Notes under the pieces: model-generated
Database searches by the model: none
Seen by the model: the letters and a program-made list of their open reading frames with translations, nothing else
Told to the model about the DNA's origin: nothing
Translations under genes and position numbers: made by a program
NCBI GenBank assembly: GCA_050999655.1
Contig: JBPCPA010000282.1
Location: forward strand, 1,942-65,941
Direction of reading: 5' to 3'
DNA: 64,000 bases
Source of the DNA: Jatrophihabitans sp.
GTDB lineage: Bacteria > Actinomycetota > Actinomycetes > Mycobacteriales > Jatrophihabitantaceae
Part shown: positions 48,997 through 57,569 of the stretch, piece by piece
Layout: each line of letters starts with the position of its first letter
Position numbering within the stretch: position 1 is the first letter of the stretch

Positions 48997-49857
48997 TCAG
49001 CTCACCGAATCGTCTTGCTGGATCTGACTGCGGACCGTCGTGATGAGCTTCTTAAGAACGGTGTGACTGAACGTGCCGATCTCGGCGTTCGCGACGGTCC
49101 CGTGAATCATCAATTCTCCTGGTTCGTAGCCGGTCTGTTGAGACATAAAGTGGAGCAAACGAGTCAAGCCGATGAGGTTGCCATAGGCCTTGTGAATTAG
49201 GTGCCAGTGCCGGTAGACGGCCACTAAACTCAGACGATTGTGGACCACGCTGATATCGACATGGACGAGGCAGGGAAAAGCAATCTGACGTTCGTCATTG
49301 GCTTTGTATATTTGCAGGCCGGCGGATCCGACTGCGGATTCGATCTCGGCTACGCCTTCGAGAGCGAAGTCGGCGGCATTTGTAGCGGTATGTGCTTGAT
49401 TACGGTGTGAACGGAGCTGTTTAACGCGGCTCTTCAGTTGGTTGTACCCGTCACTTTCTTTACCCGGCCAGGACACGAGTCGTCCGAAGTAGGTTCCGTG
49501 GGCGTTGCCGTTAAACCCGCAGAGGTCCGGCAACATGTCTCGGTAGTTGGCGTACAGATCTTCGGCGGCAGCGTCCAGCAGATGGAGCTGCCCCGGCCTG
49601 AGATCGGGGTGATAATCAAGATCGGGTGGGGAGTAGAGATTCGCAGGGAATAGCGTATTAGCAACGGTATCGACTGAGTGATCGCCGCGCGGGATGAGCA
49701 ACGCATCGTTCGCCGCCACGATCTCGGGCAGGGGTGCGGACGGTTCGGTGATCGACAGCACAGTGTGGAGCAGTCGACCGTCGCGCCTAGCTTCTGCAGC
49801 TTCCAACACGCTCAGCCAGGCTACTTCGATGTTAGTGAATGAAGGAAACGCAATCAT
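48997..49857 (-). CDS. divergent thymidylate synthase / dUMP-hydroxymethylase homolog
   Basis: TYFGRL...NQL, FPCL (catalytic Cys), LSLVAVYR....KAYGN and G.L..H..A. ATG at 49857 overlaps the upstream TGA. Confidence 0.75.
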   Translation of the reverse strand: MIAFPSFTNIEVAWLSVLEAAEARRDGRLLHTVLSITEPSAPLPEIVAANDALLIPRGDHSVDTVANTLFPANLYSPPDLDYHPDLRPGQLHLLDAAAEDLYANYRDMLPDLCGFNGNAHGTYFGRLVSWPGKESDGYNQLKSRVKQLRSHRNQAHTATNAADFALEGVAEIESAVGSAGLQIYKANDERQIAFPCLVHVDISVVHNRLSLVAVYRHWHLIHKAYGNLIGLTRLLHFMSQQTGYEPGELMIHGTVANAEIGTFSHTVLKKLITTVRSQIQQDDSVS

Positions 49858-50315
49858 GCGACCACCACCGCTCGGCGCAGTCGAGCGATGACTCCGGCGA
49901 CTGACCGGACACTCACAAAATCCTTCGGCTCGCAGTTGCCGCGCAGTCGCGTCCAGTCGCGTGGTCCGAGTACCCGCGCCACAATTCTGCATACGAAGAC
50001 CGCGAGCATGCTGTCGATAGCCAGGCTGCCGTCGCTAGCAAGTTCGCCAACCTTTAGCTCCGCGATGGTGCGTTGCGTTGAGGCAGTGAGGATGGTGAGA
50101 ACCTGCTGTTCGATCTCGGTCAACGACCCGGTCTGAAGTACAGAACGGTCGGCCACGAGGACTGCTGGCGCCGTCGCCAAGTCACCAGCCGCGTGCGGCG
50201 AGCCCTCATCGGCTTGATGCCGGGGTATCGGCTGTACGGTCCGGTGACGGCCAGAGGCCGGTCCAAACAATGCTGCACGCCGGGCCGATCGCGCGGCGGC
50301 ATCCATCTCTGTCAT
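49854..50315 (-). CDS. acyl carrier protein-like protein with N-terminal extension
   Basis: C-terminal ~90 aa: helix I (IEQQVLTIL), IDSM (Ppant Ser site), helix II and F.SVRSVAGVI (terminal helix). Two genes from acpS. Confidence 0.65.
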   Translation of the reverse strand: MTEMDAAARSARRAALFGPASGRHRTVQPIPRHQADEGSPHAAGDLATAPAVLVADRSVLQTGSLTEIEQQVLTILTASTQRTIAELKVGELASDGSLAIDSMLAVFVCRIVARVLGPRDWTRLRGNCEPKDFVSVRSVAGVIARLRRAVVVA

Positions 50316-50324
50316 TGGACTAGT

Positions 50325-50360
50325 GTCAGGATAACTGACGTCAATGTCAAGCAGCCTGAC
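50325..50360. promoter_or_regulatory. tandem operators upstream of the ACP-TS operon
   Basis: GTCAG-GATAA-CTGAC (50325-39) and GTCAA-GCAGC-CTGAC (50346-60), 21 bp apart and 10 nt from the ATG. Confidence 0.6.
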
Positions 50361-50423
50361 TATCTACAGGTGCACGGACCTCGGCCTCGGTCGGCGCATC
50401 CGCTGGACACACACAAGACTGGC

Positions 50424-50675
50424 TCAGTCGTATGGCGGATTTGCTAGGCCGTTGACCAGCATGGCTGCATCGATGTCAAGCGCCGCTGCGAGCTTGAGGA
50501 TGTTGTGCAGTGTCAGGTTTCGTCGGCCCCGTTCGACCTGCCCCACGAACGTCCAGTGCAGGTGCGCCAGGTCGGCCAGGGCTTCCTGAGTCAACCCAAG
50601 TTCATTACGCCGTACCCGGACCCGTCGCCCAAACTCTGCGGTCGCGGCGGACAACGGCGTGGGGGTGCTCGGCAT
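50424..50675 (-). CDS. small XRE family HTH protein
   Basis: FGRRVRVRRNELGLTQEALADLAHLHWTFVGQVERGRRNLTLHNILKLAAAL. Confidence 0.88.
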   Translation of the reverse strand: MPSTPTPLSAATAEFGRRVRVRRNELGLTQEALADLAHLHWTFVGQVERGRRNLTLHNILKLAAALDIDAAMLVNGLANPPYD

Positions 50676-50800
50676 GGTCCGGCAAGCACATACGTCCCAT
50701 GCCTATTGATCCAGAGACCATACGTATAGAGACTTTACATCCTGCCTGTCTACATGCGAAGGTGCCGTCTCGGACCCCAACACCGTCTGAGAGGGCACCA

Positions 50801-51703
50801 ATGCGTCTGACCATCCCGCCACACCGGCGACCCGCCTGGCACCTGATCCACATCGCCTTAGGTCGCCGCCGCCGCCTCACCGCAATCGCGATCTTGCTCA
50901 TGACCGCTACGGTGCTCACCGCGTGCTCGTCGGCGAAGGACAAGACCTTTCGGGCACCGTTCACGCCGGAGCCATTGAGCAGCCTGGCACCAGGCCAAAC
51001 ACTGACCCCCACACCGCCCTTCCAGCAGGACGACACCGTCTCACCGAGCGCTAGCGTTGGCGATTCTTCGGTCGATGGCGGCTACACCCCGATCGGCCAC
51101 ATGGTGCAGCACTGGGATGGCGTCACGATCACCGACGACTGGTCAGTCGGCCCGATCACCTACGGCAACCAATCTGGCGCACCGGCCGCAGTGCTGTCGG
51201 CCTGCAACATCACGGACCCATCCCAGGTCGCCTCGATCGCCGCCATTCCGGTGCACCTCGTCGTCACCTTCCACGGCACAGTGACAACCTCAGTCCTCAT
51301 CCCACCCAACGCCGGCCTGCAGATCGGCCTCCAACCCCAGGCCAACGGAGGCGCCTACGCCGCCTTCACCGACACCAGCGGCGTGACCAACTGGGACTGC
51401 AGCGACCAAACCCAGAGCTACAGCATGTACGACGGCGGCCATGCCGACCTGACCATCTGGCTCATCGTGCCCGGCACAGTCACCAACGCCAATCCGCGCC
51501 CGGGCGACACCACATTCCGTACCTGGAGCTTCGGCGAACCGACCAGCATCATCGGCGCCGGCAACGACACCGTCGGAGTCAGCGGAGCGCTCGCCATGAG
51601 CTGCCAGACCGACAACGGCAAATCGCTCGCCATCGCCCTCGCAACTGCGACCGAATCCTTCACCGGAGCCGACGGCGCCGCGGTCAAATGCGCTCCCGCC
51701 TAG
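50801..51703 (+). CDS. putative lipoprotein, beta-rich, unknown function
   Basis: Basic N-terminus, hydrophobic core and lipobox LTAC. Pro/Thr linker; several Cys. Confidence 0.65.
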   Translation: MRLTIPPHRRPAWHLIHIALGRRRRLTAIAILLMTATVLTACSSAKDKTFRAPFTPEPLSSLAPGQTLTPTPPFQQDDTVSPSASVGDSSVDGGYTPIGHMVQHWDGVTITDDWSVGPITYGNQSGAPAAVLSACNITDPSQVASIAAIPVHLVVTFHGTVTTSVLIPPNAGLQIGLQPQANGGAYAAFTDTSGVTNWDCSDQTQSYSMYDGGHADLTIWLIVPGTVTNANPRPGDTTFRTWSFGEPTSIIGAGNDTVGVSGALAMSCQTDNGKSLAIALATATESFTGADGAAVKCAPA

Positions 51704-53258
51704 CTCGACCGGGCCGCCTTTGCTTCGGCGCGCCGGACACTCTGATGCAGATGCGCCTGCAGCGTCTGCGGTCGCGCCATCAGATCAAGCAGGTAGAGAT
51801 AGGCGAGTAGTCCGAGGTCGTGAGGCAGCGTGCCGTCGTGCTGTGCTAGCAACGCGTCCGTCTGGTGGACCTTCTCCTCACGATTCGATCCATGACCATG
51901 GGTGGCGTTCCGCAGCACCCGCACGTACTCAGCGGCAGCAGCTTCCAGCGACAGCTTCAATGGGTTGCCGTCGCTGTCCTCAAACTCAACCGTTGAGGAT
52001 TGCATCTGCTTTGCAAGGTAAAACCCGTGTTGCAGTGCAAGCAATGCTCGCACGGCCCGGTCTGCAGCCGGTAACAAGACCTCTGACGCCTGCGGCGGCA
52101 GTTGTTTGCGGAGCTTGTTCAGCACCGCGGTTGCGGTGGACAGCGTGCACATCTCGATGAGACTGCGAGAGGTGACGCGCTCAAACGTATCGAGCACGTT
52201 GAACAACAGCACCCGTCGAGCATGAGTGTCTCGGTGCGCCTGCTGGATTGAGGCCGTAGGGCGAAAGACCTGCTCAATGCTCAGCGTCGCGTGCATATGC
52301 CGGACAGCAAGGTAATTGCCCTCGGCATCGCTGAAGACCGCCGGATCTGACACGACACTCAGGGTCTTGCCGAGGTGCTTGGCCCACCACGCAATCGCCT
52401 TGCCAGAGGCCGGTGGGCTCAGGTCCGGGCGCGGCGTTGAGTCCCGCGCGCCGTGGGACGGCAGGATTTGTAGTGGCTCGGCGGCGTATGGAAGTACGCC
52501 GGACATCGCCATGCCTAGCGCATAGACCACAACCCCGGATGCCCTTGTGGCCGGGACGGCCCAGATGAACGGGGATAAGCAGCCGAAGAGCGGACCGAGA
52601 TAGGGATCGAGGAGGGTGACGCCGTCGCTCAGTCCGCTGGAGGCTGTGAAGACGAGCTGGCCAGCAAGGTTCGCGGCGGCCACGCCGGAAAGGTCTGCGT
52701 CTTTGAGTTGCTGGTCGTGCTGCAGCCGGAGCAGGACTGACGGCAACTTGAAGCGATACAGCAACGCAACGTCGCGTTGGACGAAGTGAACACTGGCACT
52801 CGGGAACGCGGCATGGCCGCTGTCAGTCTTGAGTCAAGGAGGTCTTCGAAGATCGTCGTTAGCGCAGCGTCGAGGTCTTCATTCGTAGCGAGCATGGTTT
52901 GGAGCTGGCGGAGGCTGAACATGGCAGCTATACCCTGCAGCCCACTGAGCCGGTGGAGCGTCGCTTCCAGTCGCTCGATCTCTATCAGAGACCGTCGCCG
53001 GCCCGCCTGCGACTGAACCGCAACGCCTAAGGCCACGGCGCGATCCGCTGCCGCCAGCGACGCGAAGTCGCTCGTCTTCCTACTCGGGCCGGCGATGTCG
53101 AGATGGGTTACTAGAGGCGACGCATCCTTCGCTCCAACTCTCTCTTCGACAGCCACCTTCGCACTCCCTGGTGCGGGCGTATCCTCACCTCTGGCCAATC
53201 GGGCGATCTCGAAGTATCCATCGACAGACGAACCCCAGAACCAGGCCGGTAACGACAC
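51700..53258 (-). pseudogene. ~520-aa protein with a C-terminal RNxxxxH (HEPN-like) motif, split by a probable frameshift at ~52830
   Basis: ORFs 52629..53258 and 51700..52764 overlap in different frames. The downstream frame is open from ~52830 (LKTDSGHAAFPSASVHFVQRD...). Confidence 0.5.
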
Positions 53259-53477
53259 GAAGCGTAGAGCGGCAGTTCGACCTTGTTCATAAAGGAAATC
53301 TAACTCACTCTGCGGGCATAGCGCTGGGTGTACCTTCCCATTTGATCACTGTGCGCGATTGGCAAGCTCGATACTCGACTTGCCGCCATCGCAGGCTGAT
53401 AATCGGGGTCGCGGGCAAGCTGGTGTAGTTGCGATGTCGATCCATTGGCGTAGCCGCGATGGCGCACCGCTGCGGCC

Positions 53478-54233
53478 CTAGCCTTCGTACCGGATCAACC
53501 GTGGCGGCTGGTTGCGTCGTCCGCCTTCAGCTTGCCGGCGGCTCAGCTCCTCGGCCCTTCGTTCCGCCTCCTGTTCAATTCTCCATTCGGCTTGCATATC
53601 CGCGGTCAAGAGTTCGGCGGTGTTGGGCAGCAGTCGGATTGCTTCTTTTCGTGTGGGAGGCAGCGGATCATCGGGTTGAAGTACCTCGTTGACGAGGGTC
53701 GCAAGGAACTCGACCTTCAGCTGGCTACCACGGCTCCAGGCGTGTGGATCAAGTCGACTGGCTCGGAGGCGGTCGTACATGCTGCGCAGGCCAAGCACAG
53801 AGGTGTGTTCGTGTTCATTGCTCGGTGATAGTCGGATGACGGCCCCGTAGGCGTCCGGCGGGATCCAGCTATCTCGTGTCCCGGATGACCAGCGAGTCAT
53901 GAGCCACGTCACCGAGGCGCGCAGCTCAGGCAGGTTGTGGCGCTCGGCGTAGGCCAAGAAGTCCTGCCGCGATATCGGCACGGCGGCGGCGATCTGCTCT
54001 TTGCTGAGAGGCTGAGAGACCGGAGCGGTTGCCTCAGCTGCTTGGCCGAGCGGTTGATGCCAGATCGGGGTGATCTCAACGTCGGCTAGAGATGCATTGC
54101 TCTTCTGAATGATCGAGATGAAGCGCTCAGCCTGCTCCGGGTTCAGCCCTGTCAGGTGTTCAGCCGTGATTAAGAGACCCTGCAGTTCAGGTGGGCGCTG
54201 GAATTGTGATGGATCACTGTCTGGAATTTGCAT
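53478..54233 (-). CDS. hypothetical protein
   Basis: 251-aa ORF preceded by a consensus promoter. No family recognised. Confidence 0.6.
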   Translation of the reverse strand: MQIPDSDPSQFQRPPELQGLLITAEHLTGLNPEQAERFISIIQKSNASLADVEITPIWHQPLGQAAEATAPVSQPLSKEQIAAAVPISRQDFLAYAERHNLPELRASVTWLMTRWSSGTRDSWIPPDAYGAVIRLSPSNEHEHTSVLGLRSMYDRLRASRLDPHAWSRGSQLKVEFLATLVNEVLQPDDPLPPTRKEAIRLLPNTAELLTADMQAEWRIEQEAERRAEELSRRQAEGGRRNQPPRLIRYEG

Positions 54234-54256
54234 GTATTGCTCGATTTAACGCTCTT

Positions 54257-54284
54257 ATTATATTATTTCTGTAGGAATTGTCAA
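54257..54284 (-). promoter_or_regulatory. consensus housekeeping-sigma promoter
   Basis: TTGACA (54284-54279) - 16 nt - TATAAT (54262-54257) on the minus strand. Confidence 0.75.
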
Positions 54285-54319
54285 TATAGGAGGTAACGTC
54301 CGTTACTTAGCGCGCTGGC

Positions 54320-56413
54320 TCAGGCCGTTGGCGCGGCGGCGCTGTCCAGAGAGCTAGCAATCTTGGTGATGTCGAAACAGACTTGCAGGAGCTCCTTCGA
54401 CAGGGCCAGGAAGACCTGCGTGTGTGCCTGCCAGAGTGCGCCTTGGCAGGCGTCGTAAAGCACGAATGCTGCTCGCCAATGATCCAGCTCGGTGGTTGTG
54501 CTTGCTCCGGAGCCGAGGTCGGCGTCGGCCAGCCGTCGCAGAATCACTTCATCGCTGGGCGGTGCCCAGGTGGACAGCAAGTGTTTTGCCGTCTGGAGCT
54601 TCGAGACGGAGTTACGGAGCTGGTCCTGAATGCTGATCCACGGTGCCATAAGGTGTTCCACACCTCGTCGAAGCTGGCGCCGTTGAACCGTGGCATAGAA
54701 CTTTTGGAATAGGTCGCTGTCGAGAAATTGGAACGCACTGAAGCAAGCTTGCCATATCCTTTGGCAAGCCTCGTCGACATCAAGCCCGTAGTCCTCGACA
54801 TCTCGCATGGCTCGGGCGTCAGGCTCATAGTTCACAAGGCTGATGTCGATCCTGAACATTGCCACGGAGCGCATCGTGAAGTAGCTGGCGATGTCGGCTG
54901 CGCCCCAGCCGTAGGCTTTCAGGTCCCATGCCTCGAAGAGCGTCTGCTGGGGGTTGTCGTAGCAAAAATAGAGTACCGCCGCACATGCTGCGGTCATCTC
55001 CAGATGCCGGCAGTACGTGCGAACGAGATGAGCTGTGAAGGGGTCAAGATAGATCCGATCGTCTTGGCGGCGCACCAGACCCATGCTCAGCAGTGGACGA
55101 ATGGCGGCCGCGTACTCGATTTGTGCCGGAGCCGGATTGTCATGGAAGTAACCGGGGTTCCTCGCAAAGAGTGTCATCGCGCACCGCTCGGTCACGTTGG
55201 CATGCCCGCAAAACGCGAGGAACACCAGCAGATCGATCGACGAGGACCCCCGCACTGCTACGAGCATCTGCAGGTAGGTCGCGGCGATCGACGCCTGGCC
55301 GGGCGGTGTTGAGGCTCGCAGGACCGTTCGGATATCTTTACGCACCACCTGACAGAACTCCGCGATCCCGATCTCAGGGTGCTCCGATAGGAATGCGCAG
55401 GCATTGGCAAGGGCGCGCGGTCGTCGGCCCATCGTGGTAGCCAAATCAGCGGCGCTGTCGCCGAGCGCCGGGTTCAGGAGACGGACCAGTGTGATCGCTT
55501 GATCTGCAGTGAGTTCACGAACGGTCAAGACCGGCGCCACCACATGCGGTAGAACGCCGCGAGTGGTGACAACGATCAGACAGGCCGGTTCGTCCGGCAG
55601 CCATCCGCGCATGCTGACGCCTGTTGGCCAGCCATCGATTACAACGACTTCCGGGCCCCGACCTGAGCTGAGCAGCTGTGTGAAGCGATCTTGAATCGCT
55701 GGCACGCTGAGCGTCGAGACATCTTTGTCGTGCTGCTGAAATAGCTGATACGTGGAAAGGAGTAACGCTTGTTCTGTATCAGCTTGCAGCCATTCCACCG
55801 ACCGATTGCGGAAGTAGTCGGCCACGAAGTGGGACTTGCCGACGCCAGCCTCGCCCTCGATAAAGATCAGTCCGGGTTGAAGGATCGTATTTCGACCCAG
55901 AGATGCATAAACTAGTTCATCCATTTTCTGGGTCAGGTCGTAGCGAGCGACAACGGCATCGACGCTGGGCGTAGGCGCATTGCGGTACGTGCGCCGCGCG
56001 ATCACCTGGAGTTCTCGCGCGACGAGTTCGAGAATTCTCGGCTCGTACTCGACTCCGCTTTGAAAAGTGCGAGGAGAGACCTTGAACTTGTCCATCGCTG
56101 CTTTGCGTCGTTCTCCGATGCCTCGAAGGTCGCCTGAAGCGAGACCGAACTCCTCGTGAGCCGCCTCCCGGTAGGTCTTAACGTCGATGGCTCTGACTGC
56201 GGAGCGCATCATCAGCTCAATCGCAGTTCGGATGTCTCTTGCTTGCGGGTACGCCCGAGGAGCGTTTTCGACGAGCCACGGATACGGCGGTTCAAACCCG
56301 CCGTCGCTGAGACCATGCACACCAGGCTCACGAAACGCAAGAAGCTCAAGCACGAGGGGGTCGGCATTCTCGTACGGCTTCGGCACCTTGAATGTCGGCG
56401 ATCCCGTAGTCAC
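54320..56413 (-). CDS. STAND/NB-ARC-like P-loop NTPase with uncharacterised N- and C-terminal domains
   Basis: GEAGVGKS (Walker A), VVVIDG (Walker B), IVVTTR (sensor 1), then an L...EA..L / G.P.AL helical region. Confidence 0.75.
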   Translation of the reverse strand: MTTGSPTFKVPKPYENADPLVLELLAFREPGVHGLSDGGFEPPYPWLVENAPRAYPQARDIRTAIELMMRSAVRAIDVKTYREAAHEEFGLASGDLRGIGERRKAAMDKFKVSPRTFQSGVEYEPRILELVARELQVIARRTYRNAPTPSVDAVVARYDLTQKMDELVYASLGRNTILQPGLIFIEGEAGVGKSHFVADYFRNRSVEWLQADTEQALLLSTYQLFQQHDKDVSTLSVPAIQDRFTQLLSSGRGPEVVVIDGWPTGVSMRGWLPDEPACLIVVTTRGVLPHVVAPVLTVRELTADQAITLVRLLNPALGDSAADLATTMGRRPRALANACAFLSEHPEIGIAEFCQVVRKDIRTVLRASTPPGQASIAATYLQMLVAVRGSSSIDLLVFLAFCGHANVTERCAMTLFARNPGYFHDNPAPAQIEYAAAIRPLLSMGLVRRQDDRIYLDPFTAHLVRTYCRHLEMTAACAAVLYFCYDNPQQTLFEAWDLKAYGWGAADIASYFTMRSVAMFRIDISLVNYEPDARAMRDVEDYGLDVDEACQRIWQACFSAFQFLDSDLFQKFYATVQRRQLRRGVEHLMAPWISIQDQLRNSVSKLQTAKHLLSTWAPPSDEVILRRLADADLGSGASTTTELDHWRAAFVLYDACQGALWQAHTQVFLALSKELLQVCFDITKIASSLDSAAAPTA

Positions 56414-56552
56414 TCTCGCATGGTGCTAGACATCGGCCCCTCCCGCCAGTGCCGACCCGTCGAACTGTTTGCCGACCTTCTGCCGACCCCACGTACTTGT
56501 GTTCCAGACATCGCACCGCACAGGGCGGGGCGGCGGAAGGAAGAAGGAACGC

Positions 56553-56861
56553 ATGTACGACATGCAGCAGTACGGTCAGCAGAACATCGCGGGTCCAGGC
56601 AACTGGCTCATCCGCCGTCAGCAAGCTCAGATCGCTCAGCAGGCCAACCAGATCGTGGCCGATGCGATGCTGACCAGCGTGCGGCTGAGTGCCGCCCACT
56701 ACGTGACCATGACGGCAATGAACCATCTGGCATCGCTCGCACAGCAGGGGTACGCCATCGCCGGCAGTGATCAGTATTTGGCAAGTCAGCTGCAAGCACT
56801 GATCGGCTGTTACGTCGGCTACGCCCGTCAGCAGATCTGGCCCGACGGACCAAGTTACTGA
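56553..56861 (+). CDS. hypothetical Gln-rich helical protein of the mobile element
   Basis: GAAGGA SD before ATG at 56553. First gene of the transfer module. Confidence 0.6.
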   Translation: MYDMQQYGQQNIAGPGNWLIRRQQAQIAQQANQIVADAMLTSVRLSAAHYVTMTAMNHLASLAQQGYAIAGSDQYLASQLQALIGCYVGYARQQIWPDGPSY

Positions 56862-56905
56862 GGTGACTCATCGTTCAGTCGCGCACCTAGCGATCGGACT
56901 GGCTG

Positions 56906-57106
56906 GTGATGGCCCGCCATAACGGTGGGTCGTGGCTCGACCAGCTGGTTGGAGCATGCTTCAGCCTGCTGGTCGGGGCCGCGGCCCTGTATGTCACCGT
57001 CCATCTGCTCGAACGGGTCTGGGTGGCGCTGGTGCTCATTCTGGCTATCAGTGCCGCGTCTGCAATTGGTTGGCGAATCTTCCGGCAACGCGATCACGGC
57101 TGGTGA
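56906..57106 (+). CDS. small two-TM membrane protein
   Basis: 66 aa with two hydrophobic helices. Confidence 0.55.
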   Translation: MMARHNGGSWLDQLVGACFSLLVGAAALYVTVHLLERVWVALVLILAISAASAIGWRIFRQRDHGW

Positions 57107-57314
57107 ATATGGCAGCCGACTTACGGTAACAAGCAAATATGTACTTTTCATTAACTCCTCTCGGTCATCCCATGCTCCAGGTGATCCGATCGGTGTTGTG
57201 AAATTAGTAGAAAACATTGACGAGAAATTGCAAGCATCGTTAACTGTCTCGACTCGCGGCTAGTCACTGGTCGCCGAAATTCAGCAAACCTTTGAACGAA
57301 AGGAGGGCATTGCC

Positions 57315-57569
57315 ATGTCCAGAACCTACAAAGACTCCCCGAAGTACAACTCACCAGCCGGTCACGGCCCACGTCGTGGACGTGGACGGCAACGCAACAT
57401 CTCGGTCCGGGCCGTCCGTCGTGATCCGCCGGATCTGCGCAAGCTCAGCCGGGCTCTGATCAACCTGGCGATGGATGAAGCCGCCGCCGAAGCTGAGACG
57501 GCTAAGCCAACGTCAGGCACTAACAGCCCGACCAACATTGCCGAAACCGAAACGGCGGCGGATGACTAG
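57315..57569 (+). CDS. small hypothetical protein
   Basis: AGGAGG SD; R.ISVRAVRRDPPDLRKLSRALI pattern. Overlaps the start of the VirD4-like gene. Confidence 0.65.
   Translation: MSRTYKDSPKYNSPAGHGPRRGRGRQRNISVRAVRRDPPDLRKLSRALINLAMDEAAAEAETAKPTSGTNSPTNIAETETAADD

Noticed and set aside
56450-56488. Three TGCCGACC direct repeats (56450, 56470, 56481) as iterons or oriV
   Set aside because: They are short, irregularly spaced and GC-rich, so plausible by chance. No cognate Rep is evident.
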